Notes: generated by a model not told the origin, from the letters alone. Positions 22,332 through 30,635 are shown, counted from the first letter of the stretch. The stretch is 64,000 bases of DNA from an uncultured Clostridia bacterium (GCA_930979925.1 CAKNIB010000001.1:95597-159596), one strand, 5' to 3'. Numbers and translations are program-made.

Positions 22332-22703
22332 ATGAGAAATATTTTAGTTACCGGCATTTTAATTGTTTTAATAGTTTTATTTGCAGCGTTACAATCCTTT
22401 TGGCAAGGATGCCTTTATTTTGCATTAAGTTTTATGATTATATTATCAATTTACTGGATAGTAATTTTTATTTTGCAATATATAGAGGACTATTACAAGA
22501 CATTTGACGACGACTTTAAAGCATACTGCGTCGAGCTTATAAACCGAACAGAGCTGACAACTTCGCAGGTATCTAGCAATATTGAGTTTTATAAAAAGCG
22601 ATATAAGAAAACATTAATAAGGGATAAAATAATAGATATAGCTAAAATGCTTGTTGCTTTATCAATAATCATTGCTTGTATTATTGGTATGGCATCGCTA
22701 TAA
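22332..22703 (+). CDS. Small membrane protein (3 TM)
   Basis: Two N-terminal and one C-terminal hydrophobic helix. Weak RBS. Confidence 0.45.
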   Translation: MRNILVTGILIVLIVLFAALQSFWQGCLYFALSFMIILSIYWIVIFILQYIEDYYKTFDDDFKAYCVELINRTELTTSQVSSNIEFYKKRYKKTLIRDKIIDIAKMLVALSIIIACIIGMASL

Positions 22704-22852
22704 AATATTCGCGTTTATTCTTTAAAAAATATCAAAGATAAATTAATTTTTGGTTGCAAAAAACAATATAATGTGGTATTATAGAAAGGCAGAAAAGAGG
22801 CATTGTGCATTTTTTCATAATCGCCAAAGCAAAAATAAACAAAGGAGCAAAT

Positions 22853-24127
22853 ATGTACGAATACGAAAAGAAAGAAAAACAAGTTATTTTAAAAATTGAA
22901 ATTTCAAAAGAAGATTGGGAGAAAGCAGTTGAGCATGCATATGAAGAAAATAAAGGTAAGTTCAATATCCAAGGCTTTAGAAAAGGCAAAGCACCAAGAA
23001 AAGTGATTGAGCAAAATTATGGCGATACCGTTTTCTTTGATGATGCTTTTGACCACGCTGTATCTGACGAGTATAGCAAATTTTTAAGTGAGCACACTGA
23101 TATTGTACCTGTTGAGCAACCTCACGTTCAAGATAATAAGTTTACTGCAGACCAAGGTCTTAGCGTAACCTTAAAATTTGATGTTATGCCTGAATTTAAA
23201 TTACCAGAACTTAGCGGACTTAAAGCAAAAAAGGTAGAGCCTAATGTAACTGACGAGCAGGTGGAAGCTGAAATCGAAAGCGAAAGACAATCGCATGCTA
23301 GATATGTTGAAGAAGATAAAGTAGCAGAAAATGGAGATTTTGCAACCATTGACTTTACAGGCTATGTTGATGATGTAAAGTTTGAGGGCGGAGAGGCTAA
23401 AGACTATAGATTAGAGCTTGGCTCTCACACATTTATTGAAGGCTTTGAAGACCAAGTAGTAGGCATGAAGAAGGGAGAAGAGAAGGATGTTAAAGTTACC
23501 TTCCCAGAAAACTATCATGCTGAAAATTTAAAGGGCAAGCCTGCAGTATTTAAGGTAAAGCTTAACAAAGTTGAGAAGAAAGAGCTTCCAACAATAGACG
23601 ACAAATATATTTCTGATACTACCGAATTTGAAACACTTGGAGAATACAAAAAGGCTATCAAAGAAAACCTTTTAAAGATGGCTGACGAGCGTGCAGAACG
23701 CGACTATGAAGTTGCACTTCTTGATGAAATTGCCGAAAAGAGCAATATCGACCTTCCACAATCAATGGTTGACCATGAAGTTAATCATATAGTTGAGGAT
23801 TTTGAGCATAGATTATCTCATCAGGGTATGAATTTACAGAACTATCTTGACTATGTAGGCAAAACTCTTGACCAGTTTAAGCAAGAAAGGAAAGAGGATG
23901 CTGCTAAAAATATCAAGACAAGACTTGTTCTTCAAAAGCTTATTGCTGAGAATAATCTTACTGTTAGTGCAGAAGAGCTTGATAGGAGCATAGAAGAATA
24001 TGCATCAAGATATCAAATGAGCGGAGAGGAGTTTAAAAAGGCTATGTCTCCAGATGACTATGCATACTTTGAAAACAGCGCAATTATGACAAAAGTTTTA
24101 GATTTTATTAAGTCTAAAAATAAATAA
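22853..24127 (+). CDS. tig: Trigger factor
   Basis: FNIQGFRKGKAP ribosome-binding motif and an FKBP domain. ATG 22853 after AAAGGAG; the track's GTG 22805 extension is rejected. Confidence 0.93.
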   Translation: MYEYEKKEKQVILKIEISKEDWEKAVEHAYEENKGKFNIQGFRKGKAPRKVIEQNYGDTVFFDDAFDHAVSDEYSKFLSEHTDIVPVEQPHVQDNKFTADQGLSVTLKFDVMPEFKLPELSGLKAKKVEPNVTDEQVEAEIESERQSHARYVEEDKVAENGDFATIDFTGYVDDVKFEGGEAKDYRLELGSHTFIEGFEDQVVGMKKGEEKDVKVTFPENYHAENLKGKPAVFKVKLNKVEKKELPTIDDKYISDTTEFETLGEYKKAIKENLLKMADERAERDYEVALLDEIAEKSNIDLPQSMVDHEVNHIVEDFEHRLSHQGMNLQNYLDYVGKTLDQFKQERKEDAAKNIKTRLVLQKLIAENNLTVSAEELDRSIEEYASRYQMSGEEFKKAMSPDDYAYFENSAIMTKVLDFIKSKNK

Positions 24128-24236
24128 AAGGTAAACAAATATAATAAAGATAAAAGCAAAGTTCAGCTTGCCTATTTTGTAATGCAAATTTTGATAAATC
24201 TTTTGCATAAAAATTATAAATAATGGGAGGATAATT

Positions 24237-24824
24237 ATGTTGATACCTATGGTTGTTGACCAGACAGGGAATAGTGAAAGGTCATATGATATATACTCAA
24301 GACTACTTGAAGACCGCATTATCTTTTTAAATGGGGAAATAGACGACAATGTTGCAAATATTGTTGTTGCACAGCTCATTTATCTTGAAGGTAAAAACCC
24401 AAATAAGGATATCTTCATATATATTAATAGCCCAGGAGGAAGCGTTTCTGCCGGACTTGCAATATATGATACCATGAAGTACATCAAATGTGATGTTTCT
24501 ACTATCTGTGTTGGTAGAGCGGCATCAATGGGTGCCTTTTTACTGGCAGGCGGAACTAAAGGTAAGAGATTTGCTCTTCCAAACAGCGAGATAATGATAC
24601 ACCAACCACTTGGAGGAGCTCAAGGTCAGGTTAGTGATATCCAGATACAAGCAAATCACATCCAATACATTAAAGAAAGAATGAATAGCATGCTAAGCGA
24701 GAATACAGGCAAACCGCTAGAGATAGTTGAAAAAGATACAGATAGAGATAATTACATGACCGCACAGGAGGCAAAAGATTACGGAATTATCGATGAGATT
24801 TTCGTATCAAGGAAAAAAGCTTAA
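24237..24824 (+). CDS. clpP: ATP-dependent Clp protease proteolytic subunit
   Basis: Catalytic-Ser context GRAASMGAF, plus IMIHQPLGG. Confidence 0.97.
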   Translation: MLIPMVVDQTGNSERSYDIYSRLLEDRIIFLNGEIDDNVANIVVAQLIYLEGKNPNKDIFIYINSPGGSVSAGLAIYDTMKYIKCDVSTICVGRAASMGAFLLAGGTKGKRFALPNSEIMIHQPLGGAQGQVSDIQIQANHIQYIKERMNSMLSENTGKPLEIVEKDTDRDNYMTAQEAKDYGIIDEIFVSRKKA

Positions 24825-24838
24825 TTTAAGGAGGCTTA

Positions 24839-26098
24839 ATGTCTGATTTAGAGTGTAAATGTAGCTTTTGTGGAAAAAGTCAAAAGGATGCAAAAAAGTT
24901 AGTTGCTAGTCCTAACGGCGATGCTTTTATTTGTGATGAATGTATTCTAATTTGTAAAGATATCATTACAGAAGTAACAAAAAAATCAACTTTTGAAAAG
25001 ATAGACTTGCCTACGCCAAGCGAAATAAAAGAAAAACTTGACGAATATATTGTGGGGCAGGACGAGGTAAAAAGGGTTCTTGCTGTAGCAGTTTATAATC
25101 ACTATAAACGTTTAAATTACAACCTTACAAAGCAAGAAAATGATAGCGATGATGTAGAACTTGAAAAAAGTAATATCTTAATGGTAGGGCCAACTGGCTC
25201 AGGTAAAACATTACTTGCAAAAACTCTTGCTAAAGTACTTAAAGTGCCTTTTGCCGCAGCTGATGCTACAACTCTTACTGAGGCAGGCTATGTAGGTGAT
25301 GATGTTGAGAATATTCTATTAAAACTCATACAAAACGCTGATTATGACATTGAAAAAGCTCAAAGAGGTATAATTTACATTGACGAGATAGACAAAATTG
25401 CAAGAAAAACGCAGAATGTTTCTATAACAAGGGATGTTGCAGGTGAAGGCGTACAACAAGCATTATTAAAAATTCTTGAAAGTACAGTTGCATCTGTCCC
25501 ACCTCAAGGGGGAAGGAAACATCCACATCAAGAAATGATACAAATTGATACAACCAATATTCTCTTTATTTGCGGGGGAGCTTTTGTCGGACTTGATAAA
25601 ATAATAGAAGCAAGAGAGAATGATACCACGTTAGGTTTTAATGCTAAAATAGAATCTCAAGAAGAAAAGAGTAAGAAAAACTTGATAAAAGATATACAAC
25701 CAAACGATTTAATTAAATTTGGACTTATCCCAGAATTTATAGGTCGCTTGCCTGTTGTGGTAGGTCTTGACGAGCTTGATGAAGATGCACTTGTAAAAAT
25801 TCTAACTGAGCCAAAGAACTCAATTATCAAACAATATGACCTTATGTTCAAGATTGATGGAATTAATATCGAGTTTTCTGAATCTGCAATAAGAATGATA
25901 GCAAAAAAGGCTATAGAGCTTAAAACGGGTGCAAGGGGGCTTCGAACTATCATTGAAAGCAAGATGAATAAACTTATGTATGAAGCACCTAGCTATAAAG
26001 ATGTAGAAAAAATCATTGTAACCGATAAGTTTATAGAACTTGAGAATGGTCAACCAGAGATAATACGTAAGCCGGCTGATAATAAAGCTGTTTGTTAA
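24839..26098 (+). CDS. clpX: ATP-dependent Clp protease ATP-binding subunit ClpX
   Basis: N-terminal zinc finger CSFCGK...CDECI. Walker A GPTGSGKT. Pore loop GYVG. Confidence 0.97.
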   Translation: MSDLECKCSFCGKSQKDAKKLVASPNGDAFICDECILICKDIITEVTKKSTFEKIDLPTPSEIKEKLDEYIVGQDEVKRVLAVAVYNHYKRLNYNLTKQENDSDDVELEKSNILMVGPTGSGKTLLAKTLAKVLKVPFAAADATTLTEAGYVGDDVENILLKLIQNADYDIEKAQRGIIYIDEIDKIARKTQNVSITRDVAGEGVQQALLKILESTVASVPPQGGRKHPHQEMIQIDTTNILFICGGAFVGLDKIIEARENDTTLGFNAKIESQEEKSKKNLIKDIQPNDLIKFGLIPEFIGRLPVVVGLDELDEDALVKILTEPKNSIIKQYDLMFKIDGINIEFSESAIRMIAKKAIELKTGARGLRTIIESKMNKLMYEAPSYKDVEKIIVTDKFIELENGQPEIIRKPADNKAVC

Positions 26099-26216
26099 AA
26101 ATATCTGTTATGAAAGCGTTGCTCTAAGTGTAGGATGATTTATTTTTATTAAACTATAATTTTTATATTATGTAACATTTTAAAAATCTTCTCATAGATA
26201 ATCTTATGGAGGCTAT

Positions 26217-26501
26217 ATGAGAAGATTTTTTAATATATTAGATAATTCTAATAATAGGACTAATAATTTTTTAACCATACAAAATACAAGAGAGGATATC
26301 ATAGGAGAGCTTGACGCTATAATCCAATACGAAAACCACTTAGAACAAACAAATGACGAAAGAGCTAAAGAGACAATACAAGATATAGTAAAAGAAGAAA
26401 TGCTCCATGTAGGGCAACTTTTTGGCTTGCTTTTCAGTCTTGACCCACTATCAAAAACGCAATTTGAAAAGGGCATAAAAGAGTTTAATAAGCAAGATTG
26501 A
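26217..26501 (+). CDS. Encapsulated-ferritin-like (EncFtn-type) small ferritin-fold protein with no adjacent encapsulin
   Basis: ELDAIIQYENH...KEEMLHVGQL places E31/Y38/E61/H64 in the E-x6-Y-x22-E-x2-H spacing of EncFtn di-iron sites. GGAGG SD. Confidence 0.6.
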   Translation: MRRFFNILDNSNNRTNNFLTIQNTREDIIGELDAIIQYENHLEQTNDERAKETIQDIVKEEMLHVGQLFGLLFSLDPLSKTQFEKGIKEFNKQD

Positions 26502-26527
26502 TTAGAAAGGTAAACACTAAATAGTTA

Positions 26528-26556
26528 AACCGCAGATTGTATACTTGCGGTTTTAT
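26528..26556 (+). terminator. Rho-independent terminator
   Basis: AACCGCA / TGCGGTT stem and a T-run. Confidence 0.7.
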
Positions 26557-26687
26557 ATTTTTTAGTTTATTTTTATAAATCTAAAAAAACGATACATTAA
26601 ACAAAATACTAAGAGATTATTGTGATATTTAACATAAATTAATTTTGCAATTTTTTATTAGTAAAAAGAAAAATTTTATATAAATGC

Positions 26688-26716
26688 TTGACAATTATAT
26701 TATAGAAGTATATAAT
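26688..26716 (+). promoter_or_regulatory. Sigma-A-type promoter for tRNA-Leu
   Basis: TTGACA, 17 nt, TATAAT, both exact, ending 24 nt upstream of the tRNA 5' end. Confidence 0.7.
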
Positions 26717-26739
26717 ATAAAGGTAACGATAAAAAGGAT

Positions 26740-26821
26740 GCGGGCGTGGCGGAATGGCAGACGCGCTTGTTTAAGGGGCAAGTCCGAAAGGGTGTGGGTT
26801 CGACTCCCACCGCCCGCACCA
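26740..26821 (+). tRNA. tRNA-Leu (type II, long variable arm); anticodon reads AAG by manual folding; CCA encoded
   Basis: Acceptor GCGGGCG/CGCCCGC, D-arm GCG-GAATGGCAGA-CGC, anticodon stem CTTGT/GCAAG with loop TTAAGGG, variable arm TCCGAAAGGGT, T-arm GTGGG-TTCGACT-CCCAC, then ACCA. Confidence 0.9.
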
Positions 26822-26825
26822 GAAG

Positions 26826-26850
26826 AAAGATCTCGCAAAAGATTTTTTTT
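26826..26850 (+). terminator. Weak AT-rich hairpin and T-run after the tRNA
   Basis: AAAGATCT / AGATTTTT stem with one G-U pair, then T8. Confidence 0.35.
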
Positions 26851-26862
26851 GATTAAACCAAA

Positions 26863-26932
26863 ATGGAGTCGAACACATGGGTTCGTCCGGGTCCCCTGAA
26901 AATCGTAAGATTTTTAGGGTAGAGGGTAGAGT
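26863..26932 (+). other. Structured spacer: two hairpins between the tRNA and its 3'-end duplicate
   Basis: Hairpin 1 is CGAAC-acatgg-GTTCG (26870-26885). Hairpin 2 is an 11-bp stem CCCTGAAAATC/GATTTTTAGGG closed by a GTAA (GNRA) loop (26894-26919). Tandem AGGGTAG x2 follows. GGAGTCGAAC (26865-26874) is the inverted copy of the tRNA T-arm. Confidence 0.5.
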
Positions 26933-26950
26933 CTCCCACCGCCCACACCA
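26933..26950 (+). repeat. Direct duplicate of the tRNA-Leu 3' end (att-like scar)
   Basis: CTCCCACCGCCCACACCA versus tRNA 26804-26821 CTCCCACCGCCCGCACCA (17/18). Confidence 0.8.
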
Positions 26951-26974
26951 AACAAAAATATTCCGAGAACTTGT

Positions 26975-27055
26975 TTGAGGGTTATTTTTGTTTGTACTTT
27001 TCTTTCTTGTTTTTTCACTCTTCTCTTTTCTTTTTAATCTCAGATTATTTTTGAA
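26975..27055 (+). repeat. Diverged direct repeat, copy 1 (T-rich, starts TTGAGGGT)
   Basis: Shares TTGAGGGT, GTTTTTTCACTCTTCT and GATTATTTT blocks in the same order with 27154-27227. Confidence 0.55.
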
Positions 27056-27153
27056 ATAAGAAATAAAAAAGAAAAAATAAAAGTATAGGGATAACATTTA
27101 TATATTTATGCGCAACTTTGTTACAAAAGTTTAAGTGTATCTCGACACGCGGC

Positions 27154-27227
27154 TTGAGGGTGTTTTTATTTAATAGGGGATTCTTTTTTCGTTTTTCACT
27201 TTTCTTCAAGTTGGATTATTTTGCAAC
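27154..27227 (+). repeat. Diverged direct repeat, copy 2
   Basis: TTGAGGGT...GTTTTTCACTTTTCT...GATTATTTT, about 180 bp downstream of copy 1. Confidence 0.55.
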
Positions 27228-27326
27228 AAAAATTGATGATTGGTTTTAGGTGATAGAGCATAAATTTACTTGACATTTTCCGACAAAATGTGATATTTTA
27301 TTACGTAATGTGATCAGGAGAAAATC

Positions 27327-28331
27327 ATGAAGTTCGTTGCTAAAAATCTTAAGTATGCTTTGTTGCTAATTTTATTGTTTTGTGTTTGTCTATTTATGAT
27401 TGCCTGTGGAGACAAGATAAACAATAATTCTAATGATAATAGCTCATTAATTGGCAGGGAAACTGCTGTAGAAATATCTAGTTATGAAGATTTATTGTCT
27501 ATACAGACAGGGCATTTGACTCTTGATGATAATAAATATTATAAATTGACTGCGGACATAGATTGTGGTGGCAATGTGTGGCAAACTATCGGCAGTCAAG
27601 AAAGTCCTTTTACATGTGATTTTGATGGTAATGGCTATACCATAAGCAATTTTGTTATAGATGAAAGCTCGTGCATCTCTTCAAACGATAATGAGCTTGC
27701 AGGTTTCTTCGGTTTTGTCCAAGACGCTGATATAAAAAACGTAAATTTTGCCAATTATTCTTTTGTAGTATATGGAATAGTAGAAACAACTTATATGGGT
27801 ATAATAGCTGAAACATCTGGCAATGTAAATGTAGAAAATATTGGGCTAACAAATATAAGCATAACATATGAAGGCGATTTTGGCTCTTCCGAAATAACTT
27901 TTGGCAATATCATAGGCTCTGATTTAGCAACAGGCATAAGAAAGAATTTAAGTGTGCAAGACATAAGTATAAATGTTTCAACATTTGATGGTGCTCTTAC
28001 TTTAGGAGGCTTAATCGGTAAGTCAAATCTGCTAAATAATATTGAAAAGTCGCAAATAAATAAGGTTAATTTTAGTACTGTGTTTAATTATGGCTCACAA
28101 AGTTTAAATTTTGGTGTGCTAGTAGGTGAATTTATCTCTATAGATGAAAATCTGCAATCTTCAATTAACTTAAGTGAAATTGTTTGCAGTGATGTTTATT
28201 TTAGTATTATGAGCTTTAACGATGATAATAACTATGTTGGCTTATATGGTCAGTCGCCATACTCTATTGATACTACAGGAATTATTACAAATAATGTTAC
28301 AATAGACATTAAAGAATTGATAGCATATTAG
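27327..28331 (+). CDS. Secreted lipoprotein with GLUG-type repeats
   Basis: Signal peptide with lipobox LFMIAC-G. F.CDFDGNGYTISNF followed by about 5 repeats of G-h-h-G-x6-I-x-N-h (for example LTLGGLIGKSNLLNNIEKSQINKV). Confidence 0.55.
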   Translation: MKFVAKNLKYALLLILLFCVCLFMIACGDKINNNSNDNSSLIGRETAVEISSYEDLLSIQTGHLTLDDNKYYKLTADIDCGGNVWQTIGSQESPFTCDFDGNGYTISNFVIDESSCISSNDNELAGFFGFVQDADIKNVNFANYSFVVYGIVETTYMGIIAETSGNVNVENIGLTNISITYEGDFGSSEITFGNIIGSDLATGIRKNLSVQDISINVSTFDGALTLGGLIGKSNLLNNIEKSQINKVNFSTVFNYGSQSLNFGVLVGEFISIDENLQSSINLSEIVCSDVYFSIMSFNDDNNYVGLYGQSPYSIDTTGIITNNVTIDIKELIAY

Positions 28332-28348
28332 TTATCGCAAAATAAAAT

Positions 28349-29221
28349 TTATATTTTATCAATTATAGTTTTAAAGTCATTTGGGAAGTCTACAGCAAAA
28401 TGTAAGACTTCTTTTTTATACGGATGATAAAAAGACATTTCTTTGCATATCAGCATAGTGTGGGTATTAGGGGAGCATTTCTCGTCTCCATATAGTGAGT
28501 CGTTTAAAAGCGGATATCCAATACTTGCAAGATGAACCCTGATTTGATGTGTTCGACCGTGTACTAATTTTAGTTTTATAAGAGATAACTTTCCATTTGT
28601 TTTTACAGGGTATACATATGTTGTGGCATCTTTGCCATCCTCACTTACTACACGTTTATTTTGATTAAGTCCATTTTGCGTTATTGTTTTTATTCTTTTA
28701 TCAATTACTAGTTCTTTATCTATGCAACCTTGACAGATAGCATAGTAGGTTTTATCAATGTCTTTTATATCTTTTTGCGCAATACTATCTTTTGCTACAA
28801 GCACAAGTCCGGCAGTATCCTTGTCAAGCCTATTTATTATTCTAAGAGTGAAGTTCTTATCCTTTTTCTCCATGCAATAACAGATTGCGCCTGCAAGGTT
28901 GCTAGAGTAGTGTGACCTACTAGGCATTGAACTAAGCCCACTAGGTTTGTTAATAAGTAGGTAATAGTCGTCCTCGAATACTATATCTAGTGGTATTATG
29001 CATTGCATAATAGTGGTTTTCTTGTTAGGGTTTGATTTTATTTCTATTGTATCGCCAATTTTTAAAGGCGAGCGAATAGTGACAGCTTGTCCGTTGATTT
29101 TAAGATTACCCATTTCTTTTCTAAGGTTTGTGATAAAATTTTCGGAGTAATTGTTGTCTTTTAAAAAATAGTAAATACTTTTATAATCTTTGTTTATTAT
29201 ATATTTTTGATACTTGTCCAT
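28349..29221 (-). CDS. RluA-family pseudouridine synthase
   Basis: S4-like N-terminus. Catalytic NRLDKDTAGLVLVAK. GRTHQIRVHL. Confidence 0.88.
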   Translation of the reverse strand: MDKYQKYIINKDYKSIYYFLKDNNYSENFITNLRKEMGNLKINGQAVTIRSPLKIGDTIEIKSNPNKKTTIMQCIIPLDIVFEDDYYLLINKPSGLSSMPSRSHYSSNLAGAICYCMEKKDKNFTLRIINRLDKDTAGLVLVAKDSIAQKDIKDIDKTYYAICQGCIDKELVIDKRIKTITQNGLNQNKRVVSEDGKDATTYVYPVKTNGKLSLIKLKLVHGRTHQIRVHLASIGYPLLNDSLYGDEKCSPNTHTMLICKEMSFYHPYKKEVLHFAVDFPNDFKTIIDKI

Positions 29222-29304
29222 ATAGTTTCCTCGCTTTAATTATACAATATAAGCTACAAAAAATAAAGAAACAAACAAAATTTTCCTAAAGTTTGTAAGA
29301 AAAC

Positions 29305-29333
29305 TTGACAATATTTTTTTTATGTTTTATACT
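29305..29333 (+). promoter_or_regulatory. Sigma-A-type promoter of the pheST leader
   Basis: TTGACA, 17 nt, TATACT. Confidence 0.65.
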
Positions 29334-29339
29334 CAATTT

Positions 29340-29592
29340 ATAATAAAAGCTATGATGAAAGACTAGTAACAAGTTTAATTTATTACAGAGAGCCTATGTT
29401 TGCTGAGAGGTAGGTATAATAGAACTTGCGAATTCACTTTCTAGCTACATTTATGAAGCTTAAATTTGATTTAAGTGTGTAGTTTATGTCGTAATAATCT
29501 GCGTCAATGATTTAATGAGGATTGCTTTGCGCAATTAAAGTTAGGTGGTACCACGAAGAACCTTCTTTCGTCCTAATGAAAGAGGGTTTTTA
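29340..29592 (+). promoter_or_regulatory. T-box riboswitch leader (Phe, specifier UUC) with terminator
   Basis: GA/K-turn TGATGAAAGA, AGTA, AGAGAG, GCTGAGAG, and specifier context GAATTCA. T-box AAAGTTAGGTGGTACCACG (29537-29555). Terminator CCTTCTTTC...GAAAGAGGG with a T-run (29561-29591). Confidence 0.88.
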
Positions 29593-29605
29593 TTATGGAG
29601 GAAAA

Positions 29606-30625
29606 ATGATTGAAGAGCTTTTAAAAATTAAAGAAGAACTGCTAGGTGACATTAAAAAATTAACCAATTTAAAAGAGTTAAATGAGGTAAGGATTAAAGC
29701 CTTTGGAAAAGCAGGAGCTATATCTAATCTTTCAAAAGGGATGAGAGATGTTGCGCCGGAGGATAGACCAAAATTTGGAGCGCTTATAAATATTGCTAGA
29801 AGTGAGATAGAAAGAGAGCTAGAGCTAAAAAATAAAGAGTTTGAAGAGGCTGAGCTCAATAAGAGGTTACAGGAAGAAAAGGTGGATATAACTGAGCCGT
29901 CAAAAGCCTGCGAGATAGGCGCTTTGCATCCTATTTCTGACGTCATTGATAGGCTTACTGATATTTGCGTTGATATGGGTTTTTCGGTAGTTGAAGGCCC
30001 AGAAATTGAGAGTGATTACTATAATTTTGAAGCGATGAATATTCCGAAAAACCATCCATCTCGTGATATGCAGGATACTTTCTTTATAACCGACGAAATT
30101 TTGCTAAGGTCGCAAACGTCGGCAGTCCAAGCAAGAGAAATGGAGAAGAGAAAACCTCCATTTAAAATTGTATGTCCGGGTAAAACATATAGAAACGATA
30201 GTGATGCAACTCATAGCCCGATTTTTAATCAGCTTGAAGGCTTGGTTGTAGATGAAAATATTTCTATGGCTGATTTAAAATCAATGCTTACAATATTAAT
30301 GAAAAGGCTTTATGGTGAGGACACAAAGATAAGATTTAGACCATCTTTTTTCCCATTTACAGAGCCTAGTATTGAAGTCGATGTATCTTGTCCTAATTGT
30401 CATGGCAAGGGATGTAATATCTGCAAAGGCAGTGGGATGCTTGAGTTATTGGGCGCTGGCGTTGTAAACCCAAAAGTGCTTGAGATGTCTGGAATTGATA
30501 GTAAAAAGTATCGAGGGTTTGCGTTTGGCTTTGGACTTGACAGGACAGCTATGATTTTAAATAGTATAGGCAACATAAGGTCGCTCTATCGAAATGATAA
30601 GAGATTTTTAGAGCAAATGAGATAA
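29606..30625 (+). CDS. pheS: Phenylalanyl-tRNA synthetase alpha subunit
   Basis: Class II motifs FRPSFFPFTEPS and GFAFGFGLDR. ATG 29606 after GGAGG; the track start 29522 lies inside the T-box. Confidence 0.95.
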   Translation: MIEELLKIKEELLGDIKKLTNLKELNEVRIKAFGKAGAISNLSKGMRDVAPEDRPKFGALINIARSEIERELELKNKEFEEAELNKRLQEEKVDITEPSKACEIGALHPISDVIDRLTDICVDMGFSVVEGPEIESDYYNFEAMNIPKNHPSRDMQDTFFITDEILLRSQTSAVQAREMEKRKPPFKIVCPGKTYRNDSDATHSPIFNQLEGLVVDENISMADLKSMLTILMKRLYGEDTKIRFRPSFFPFTEPSIEVDVSCPNCHGKGCNICKGSGMLELLGAGVVNPKVLEMSGIDSKKYRGFAFGFGLDRTAMILNSIGNIRSLYRNDKRFLEQMR

Positions 30626-30635
30626 GGAGAGTATT

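Noticed and set aside
26870-26885. LexA/SOS-box-like CGAAC-N6-GTTCG
   Set aside because: Firmicute SOS boxes have GAAC-N4-GTTC spacing. This one has N6, is derived from T-arm sequence, and no SOS gene follows.
26863-26950. Second tRNA, tRNA pseudogene with intron, or tmRNA 3' domain downstream of tRNA-Leu
   Set aside because: The 3' strand CGCCCAC-A-CCA has no complementary 5' acceptor strand (GTGGGCG) anywhere upstream. No cloverleaf can be drawn, and the region is too short and lacks tmRNA features. I kept it only as a repeat plus structured spacer.
26684-27097. Track ORFs 26684-26899 (+) and 26771-27097 (-) around the tRNA
   Set aside because: They read straight through the tRNA-Leu gene and its duplicated 3' end; the WCGRWE.. 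peptide repeats are just the translated tRNA sequence. They are not coding.
29522-29605. N-terminal extensions in the ORF track (pheS 29522, tig 22805, tgt 49635, COG2426 46677, DUF45 44017, xseB 57258, 53339, rpiB 19616, rel 5620)
   Set aside because: The extensions overlap a T-box, terminators or promoters and lack an SD. Internal ATGs with good SDs, or with conserved N-termini, were chosen instead.
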